Origin: Candidatus Bipolaricaulota bacterium
GTDB lineage: Bacteria > Bipolaricaulota > Bipolaricaulia > UBA7950 > UBA9294
Length of the DNA: 50,059 bases
Assembly (NCBI GenBank): GCA_030615945.1
Contig: JAUWYG010000001.1
Coordinates: forward strand, 1 to 50,059
Reading direction: 5' to 3'
Shown: positions 44,965-50,059 of the stretch, in pieces
Layout of the letters: each line of letters starts with the position of its first letter
How positions within the stretch are numbered: the stretch's first letter is position 1
The notes under the pieces: generated by a model
Database searches by the model: none
The model's input: the letters and a program-made list of their open reading frames with translations, nothing else
What the model was told of the DNA's origin: nothing
Program-made: the position numbers and the translations under genes

Positions 44965-47129
44965 CGCTCGATCACCAACCTTTCTACCCGGGAACGGCCG
45001 GTATCGGTAATAAGGACGTAGAGGTAGAGACCGCTTCCCAACGGGTCGCCGCGGTCGCTTTTGAGATTCCACTCGTATTCGTTTGCCCCCGGGGCAAGCG
45101 CTACCTTGAGCAGAGGCCTCCCCGCAATGTTGTAGATGTAAAGAGTAGCCTCCGTGATCCCTGCTGGAAGCTCGTAGGTGAAAAGCGCATGGTCATGTAC
45201 CGGATTCTCACCGACCATGATCACAGGTATTTCCTTTTCCCCGTCGTCCTGCGGTGGTTCAACTGCGGCCACTACCGTCTCGGCAGCAACCTTTCCCCAT
45301 CCCCAGCGAGGGTTAGGAACGCTACCGGTGAATACATCACTTGCCACAGTTGTTATAAGTCTCTCCCTGACATCTCTAGCGGTTAATTGGGGATTGATCG
45401 AGAGCATCAACGCGACCACCCCACTGATATGCGGCGCGGAGATGCTCGTCCCAAGGAGCATAGTGTGCTCGCCGTCAGGATGGGTGAGATAGCTCAAAGA
45501 GGTGCTATCTGCGGATAGTGCAGCCGCGACCCAAGCCCCGGGGGCAGTCAGCTCCGGCTTCTGGCGGCCGTCGCGTGTCGGCCCCTGACTGGAGAAGTAG
45601 GAGAGGGCACCGACTGGGTACTGTGCTAAGAAGTCCTGTTCACCGGAAAGCGAGGGCCAACTGGCCTTGGTGTTGAACGCTCCTACAGTGATCACCCGCT
45701 CAGCGTTCCCCGGCTCGTCAATGGTATGCGTAGAATCACCTCCAAGGATCGTCCCCCCGTCCGTAGAGGTAATCCACCCATCGAACCGTCCCCCTCCTCC
45801 CTCATCACTCACGGTGAAGGTCAATGGCAACCCAGAAACGAGGTCACTTAGCGTAACCATGATTTCCTTGTCACCATTGTTCGGGTTTACCCCAGCTGAT
45901 GCGTTATCCACATATATATTCCCACTCGCTGTGCTGGTATATCCAGTCGATCCCGCCAGCACCACAAGCGCCCCTCCGGTAGATGGGGCGACGGTGAGAG
46001 TGAAAAAGGACCCGCCGGGATACCATAGGGAAAGTTCAACTGAATCCGAAGCAGGATCGACCGAGAAGGTGGACGAGTTGCCGTATAGGGTATGCGAAAC
46101 ATGGATCGATCGGTCGCCCTCGTTTCCCGCCGAGACGATGATTGCTCGCCCCGGCTCCCCCACAAGTTCATCCAACCCCTGCTCGAACAGGCTCGTCCCG
46201 TCGTGTGGCCCAGAGTGCCCTCCCAGGCTGAGGGTGACAACGGCTGGAAGGTCGTGTTCCTCCGCCCGCTTGAAGATGTAGTCCACCCCAGCAAGAATGT
46301 CAGACGTATAGAATGGCGTCTTCACCATGATGAGCTGGGCTGCGGGCGCCACCCCAACGAACCCGGCAGTGGAAGATGAACCATCTCCAGCCGCAACACC
46401 CATCACGTGTGTGCCATGCCCTTCGGTGTCTGCTTGGCGCACGAGACCCTCCCCTGAGTCAAACCCAAGGGCAAGGTCACTCTCTATCTGCGCCTTGTCA
46501 TAATAGGTCCCGAAGAATCCCCCAGTTTGGTCCCAGATGTAAAGAATGCGCGAGGACTCTTCAAACCCATCGCCGTCCGCATCATAACGAAAATCGAGGT
46601 GGGTGTAGTCGATCCCGGTATCGACTGCCCCGATGATCACCCCTTCGCCGATCACCGGCGGAGATTGCGTATGCACCCGATCCACTCCAATTGCAGGGAG
46701 GCTGCGGTCAAGCTTCGGCTCTGTTCGCCAAGCTGGCTCCACATAAATGACATCTGGCGAAGCAGCAAGGAGAAACAGATCCTCCAAGGTAACCCTCATG
46801 CAAAGGATTGTCCCCGTGCTCACTCCAACCGGCAAACCGAGAAAGCTAGCCCCCCACATTGGACGGGTCACCTTCACCAGTACACCGATCGATTCCCCCT
46901 TTTCTTCCACGCCTCCGAAAAGGGGCAAGAAAGGAAGAATCACTCCATCCGCACCGAAGACCTGCAGAAATGAAGAGAGTCCCGCAAGGTTGAGGGCACC
47001 CGTGCGCTCCGTTTGGGAAAGGACAGCCCGCAAATAGGGGTGAAGCTGCTCCTGACCGCCTGAGGCGAACAGTTCAACAATAAGACAAAGGCTAGCGGCA
47101 AAAAACAGAGCCGCAGCGAACTTTCGCAT
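44961..47129 (-). CDS. S8 family serine peptidase with T9SS-type (FlgD-Ig-like) C-terminal sorting domain
   Basis: Signal MRKFAAALFFAASLCLIV. Catalytic triad contexts GAVDTGID, HGTHVMGVAAG, GTSISAPHISG. Last ~80 aa: ENPVHDHALFTYELPAGITEATLYIYNIAGRPLL...NEYEWNLKSDRGDPLGSGLYLYVLITDTG..RVERLVIER. Confidence 0.85.
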   Translation of the reverse strand: MRKFAAALFFAASLCLIVELFASGGQEQLHPYLRAVLSQTERTGALNLAGLSSFLQVFGADGVILPFLPLFGGVEEKGESIGVLVKVTRPMWGASFLGLPVGVSTGTILCMRVTLEDLFLLAASPDVIYVEPAWRTEPKLDRSLPAIGVDRVHTQSPPVIGEGVIIGAVDTGIDYTHLDFRYDADGDGFEESSRILYIWDQTGGFFGTYYDKAQIESDLALGFDSGEGLVRQADTEGHGTHVMGVAAGDGSSSTAGFVGVAPAAQLIMVKTPFYTSDILAGVDYIFKRAEEHDLPAVVTLSLGGHSGPHDGTSLFEQGLDELVGEPGRAIIVSAGNEGDRSIHVSHTLYGNSSTFSVDPASDSVELSLWYPGGSFFTLTVAPSTGGALVVLAGSTGYTSTASGNIYVDNASAGVNPNNGDKEIMVTLSDLVSGLPLTFTVSDEGGGGRFDGWITSTDGGTILGGDSTHTIDEPGNAERVITVGAFNTKASWPSLSGEQDFLAQYPVGALSYFSSQGPTRDGRQKPELTAPGAWVAAALSADSTSLSYLTHPDGEHTMLLGTSISAPHISGVVALMLSINPQLTARDVRERLITTVASDVFTGSVPNPRWGWGKVAAETVVAAVEPPQDDGEKEIPVIMVGENPVHDHALFTYELPAGITEATLYIYNIAGRPLLKVALAPGANEYEWNLKSDRGDPLGSGLYLYVLITDTGRSRVERLVIER

Positions 47130-47156
47130 TTAATTTCCCCCTCAAACAAGTGAGTG

Positions 47157-47185
47157 ATTGTACCATGCCGGCCTTTCCCATACAA
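47157..47185 (-). promoter_or_regulatory. candidate sigma70-type promoter for the S8/PorV-like/giant-OMP operon (TTGTAT, 17 nt, TACAAT)
   Basis: The minus strand reads TTGTATgggaaaggccggcatggTACAAT, about 28 nt upstream of GAGGGGG and ATG 47129. Prediction only. Confidence 0.3.
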
Positions 47186-47369
47186 AACCTTATCCAAGGA
47201 GACTTAACCGACCCGCCTTTACAAGCTGGGACGGGCTGTGCTATCATTGTTGAAGCTATCGCGCAGCTAAAAAAAGAAGGCAGACCATGTTTGGGAGGGT
47301 GGCACCGGCGGTGATCCACTTCATGTGTTGTAATCCCGGCTGGAGAAGGGAAAGAGGTTATCTCTACCA

Positions 47370-47663
47370 TTGAATACTGCAACTGACGGGTTTACCAAGG
47401 AGGAGATGCTCACCCGCTACAAACAGGCGGTGGAGCGCGCGATTCCCCACCTCGCCGTCAAAAACGGTGTTGTCAACATCGACTCGATCTGGGTGGCAAC
47501 CTCTATCCCCTATGACCTATTGCAGGAAATCCTCGCCCGGGAGGATCTCATCCTCCCAGAGAACGTGGAGCGAATTAGCATCAGATCGCGGGTACACGCA
47601 GGAGAGCAGGGTGGAAAGCCAAGAGGAAGAACAAAGAGCAGGAGACGTAAGGTTCGGAACTGA
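47370..47663 (+). CDS. hypothetical small protein with Arg/Lys-rich tail (weak call)
   Basis: ORF with AAGGAGGAG just before the internal ATG (MLTRYKQAVERAI...). No recognisable family. Its 3' end overlaps the likely phosphohexomutase start. Confidence 0.25.
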   Translation: MNTATDGFTKEEMLTRYKQAVERAIPHLAVKNGVVNIDSIWVATSIPYDLLQEILAREDLILPENVERISIRSRVHAGEQGGKPRGRTKSRRRKVRN

Positions 47664-49095
47664 CGGCTGGCGTGGGGTGATCGCGCGTGAGTTCACGTTC
47701 GATAATGTTGCCCGCGTTGCTCAGGCGACCGCTGGGTTCCTCCTTTCTAAGACTCGCAAGGAGCTTGCCATTTACCGGGAGTGGGGAGCTCAGTACCGGT
47801 CCGCTGCTAATGGGGTAATTATCGGTTACGACACGCGCTTCCTCTCACGCGAGTTTGCCTATCACTTCGCGCGCGTGCTCCACGACAGTGGAATCCCGGT
47901 GATAATCTCCGATGCCCCAGTCCCTACACCGGCTCTCTCCTATGCTGTAGTCGAGCGCCGCGCTGCCGCAGGAATCATGTTCACCGCCAGCCACAACCCG
48001 CCGATCTATAACGGGATCAAGTACAAGGCGGAGTACGGCGGTTCCGCTCCTGGTGAGGTCACCTCCGCAGTAGAGCGACTCCTACCAGATAAGGTGACTC
48101 CCCCCTGCTCGCCTGAGGGGGCAATTGTGAAGGCGGATTTAAGAGAACCCTTCCTGGCCAAGGTCCGCACCCTCGTTGACCCCGCTCGGCTCACCGCCTC
48201 GCCAGTGCGGGTAGTGATCGACTCCATGTACGGCTCGGCGCAGGGTTATGTTTCCCAACTCCTCACCGAGTACGGCGTCCCATACGTGCAGATTCGTGGG
48301 ACACGCAACGTCCTCTTCGGCGGCAAGAAACCAGAACCGATCGAGGAGAACCTCATCCCTCTACGAGCGGTGATCGCCTCCACACGCCGAGGTGGGGAAC
48401 CCCTGATCGGTGTAGTGACCGATGGGGACGGCGACCGTATCTCGGCAATGGATGAGCAAGGCAAGTTCATCGATGCCCACCGCAGCTTTGCCCTCATCCT
48501 CCGTTACTTGATAAAGGAGCGGGGTTGGCGCGGAGCGGTCGTCAAGTCGTTTGCCCTAACGGACATGGCACAGAAGATCTGCCGCGAATACAACCTGGAG
48601 CTGATCGAGGTCCCGATCGGGTTTAAATACGCCTGTGAGCAGATCCTAAAGCGCGACGTGCTGATCGCCGCGGAGGAGAGCGGAAGCATCGCCATCCGCG
48701 GCCACATCCCTGAGCGTGATGGGGTCCTCCTCTCTCTTCTTCTGACCGAGATTGCGGCGAGTGCGAAGCGCCCCATGAGCCAGGTGGTGGCAAAGATGCT
48801 TGACGACCTCGGTCCACACGTCTACCATCGCCGCGACATCGAGGTAGAAGGGCGCTTGGAGGTGGTTGCCCGGTTGCGTCAGAACCCCCCGGAGCGATTC
48901 GCCGGCCACCGCATACGCGCGATCGAAACCCTGGACGGCCTCAAGCTGCGCTTCGATAAAGGATGGCTCCTGTTCCGCGCCTCCGGAACCGAGCCGATCC
49001 TGCGCCTCTACTGCGAGATGGAAACAAAAAAGGATGTCCAAGTCATGTTGGAAGAAGCGGAGAGACTGGCACGAGGAGATCTAACGCTGTGGTAG
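47611..49095 (+). CDS. phosphoglucomutase/phosphomannomutase family protein
   Basis: [12 protein letters not shown], active-site [14 protein letters not shown], metal loop [27 protein letters not shown] place the start at GTG 47611; the track's start at 47467 looks over-extended. Confidence 0.85.
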   Translation: MESQEEEQRAGDVRFGTDGWRGVIAREFTFDNVARVAQATAGFLLSKTRKELAIYREWGAQYRSAANGVIIGYDTRFLSREFAYHFARVLHDSGIPVIISDAPVPTPALSYAVVERRAAAGIMFTASHNPPIYNGIKYKAEYGGSAPGEVTSAVERLLPDKVTPPCSPEGAIVKADLREPFLAKVRTLVDPARLTASPVRVVIDSMYGSAQGYVSQLLTEYGVPYVQIRGTRNVLFGGKKPEPIEENLIPLRAVIASTRRGGEPLIGVVTDGDGDRISAMDEQGKFIDAHRSFALILRYLIKERGWRGAVVKSFALTDMAQKICREYNLELIEVPIGFKYACEQILKRDVLIAAEESGSIAIRGHIPERDGVLLSLLLTEIAASAKRPMSQVVAKMLDDLGPHVYHRRDIEVEGRLEVVARLRQNPPERFAGHRIRAIETLDGLKLRFDKGWLLFRASGTEPILRLYCEMETKKDVQVMLEEAERLARGDLTLW

Positions 49096-50059
49096 AACGA
49101 TACGCTTTTGTGAAAATTGAAGAACGCTGGCGCGACTTCTGGCGCGAGCAAGGGTTCTTCCACGCGGAGACCTCCGACACAGAGAAGAAGTTCTATTACC
49201 TAAATATGTTCCCCTACCCCTCGGGGTCGCTGCACGTGGGACACGGGAGAAACTATATCATCGGGGACGTGGTGACACGGTTTTACATCATGCGCGACTA
49301 TAACATCCTAAATCCAATGGGCTGGGACGCCTTCGGGCTTCCAGCGGAAAACGCCGCGATCGACCAAAAGACCCACCCCCGTGAGTGGACGCTTAAAAAC
49401 ATCGCCCAGTCAAAGGAGCAGTTCCGCGCCTGGGGAATCGAGTACGACTGGGACCGGGAGGTGACAACCTGCCTACCCGACTACTACCGCTTCACACAAT
49501 GGCTGTTTCTGAAACTCTACGAACACGACCTCGCTTATAAGAAGAAGGCGACGGTCAACTACTGCCCCACTTGCGACACGGTCTTAGCCAACGAGCAGGT
49601 GGTGGGTGGGGTCTGCGAGCGCTGCGGGACACCGCCTCAGCCAAAGACCCTGGAGCAGTGGTTCTTCCGCATCACCGCCTACGCCGACCGTCTCCTCGAT
49701 GACCTTGAGAAGCTCACCGCCTGGCCGGAGCACGTTAAGAAGATGCAGTCAAACTGGATCGGAAAGAGTGTCGGCGCCGACGTGACCTTCCATACCGACG
49801 ATGGTCAGGAGATTGTTGTGTTCACCACCCGGCCCGACACCCTGTGGGGAGCCACTTTCATGGTCCTTGCCCCAGAGCATCCACTCGTTGATAGCCTGAC
49901 CACCCCGGGGCAACGCGAAGCAGTGGAAGCCTATTGCCAGCAGGCGAGCCGGCAGAGCGAAGTGGAAAGGGTCTCAATCGAGCGCGAGAAGACCGGAGTC
50001 TTCACCGGCGGATATGCGATCAATCCCGTAAACAAGGAGAAGATCCCGGTATGGATCGC
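49089..50059 (+). CDS. leuS: leucine--tRNA ligase, N-terminal part (runs off right edge)
   Basis: Absent from the ORF track because no stop lies in the window; translated by hand. [44 protein letters not shown] (HIGH), [16 protein letters not shown], zinc motif CPTCDTVL...CERCG. GTG 49089 overlaps the upstream stop. Confidence 0.9.
   Translation, partial: MVERYAFVKIEERWRDFWREQGFFHAETSDTEKKFYYLNMFPYPSGSLHVGHGRNYIIGDVVTRFYIMRDYNILNPMGWDAFGLPAENAAIDQKTHPREWTLKNIAQSKEQFRAWGIEYDWDREVTTCLPDYYRFTQWLFLKLYEHDLAYKKKATVNYCPTCDTVLANEQVVGGVCERCGTPPQPKTLEQWFFRITAYADRLLDDLEKLTAWPEHVKKMQSNWIGKSVGADVTFHTDDGQEIVVFTTRPDTLWGATFMVLAPEHPLVDSLTTPGQREAVEAYCQQASRQSEVERVSIEREKTGVFTGGYAINPVNKEKIPVWI

Noticed and set aside
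1-50059. A search by eye for CRISPR arrays, transposases/integrases, IS inverted repeats, rRNA, toxin-antitoxin pairs, and riboswitches upstream of ribD, folB, metG and glyQS.
   Set aside because: None was found. The candidate genes are preceded by only 1-40 nt gaps within operons, which leaves no room for leader RNAs.

Overview
GC-rich (high-50s % by eye, not computed), densely coding bacterial chromosomal segment of about 50 genes. It has strong AGGAGG-type Shine-Dalgarno sites and frequent 4-nt start/stop overlaps. Terminal-Phe beta-barrel proteins point to a diderm, probably an uncultivated lineage. Most of the window is core housekeeping: tRNA-Pro, dnaX-ybaB-recR, RNase P RNA, rpe-ribD-purB, and phosphohexomutase plus leuS at the right edge. 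An ~11-kb co-directional minus-strand array runs metG / separate tRNA-binding domain / rplU-prp-rpmA-obg-nadD / infC-rpmI-rplT / glyQS / folBK / rng / tRNA-Val. Two long ORFs run off the window edges and are missing from the ORF track; I translated them by hand. They are a >1572-aa thioester alpha-2-macroglobulin (1..4718, minus) and leuS (49089..50059, plus). Unusual content on the left includes a decayed GNAT region, a split double-activase plus DUF2229 (2-hydroxyacyl-CoA-dehydratase-like) pair, and a lipoprotein nitroreductase. At 38.9-47.2 kb there is a MoaD-like/ThiF-like pair. The most interesting locus is a tightly coupled three-gene operon at 40147..47129: an S8 protease with a T9SS-type C-terminal sorting domain, then a PorV/PorQ-like barrel, then a 1318-aa outer-membrane protein. 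That last protein combines a SprA-like N-terminal pattern, a Reg_prop-type beta-propeller and a C-terminal barrel, so the operon is a candidate compact T9SS-like export module. Other oddities are a single in-frame TAG separating MetRS from its tRNA-binding domain, a Cys-less Prp homologue beside an L27 with no propeptide, and probable non-canonical starts (ATA for infC, ATT for rng). No CRISPR array, transposase/integrase, rRNA or prophage genes were seen. All homology statements come from motif recognition by eye, not from database searches.
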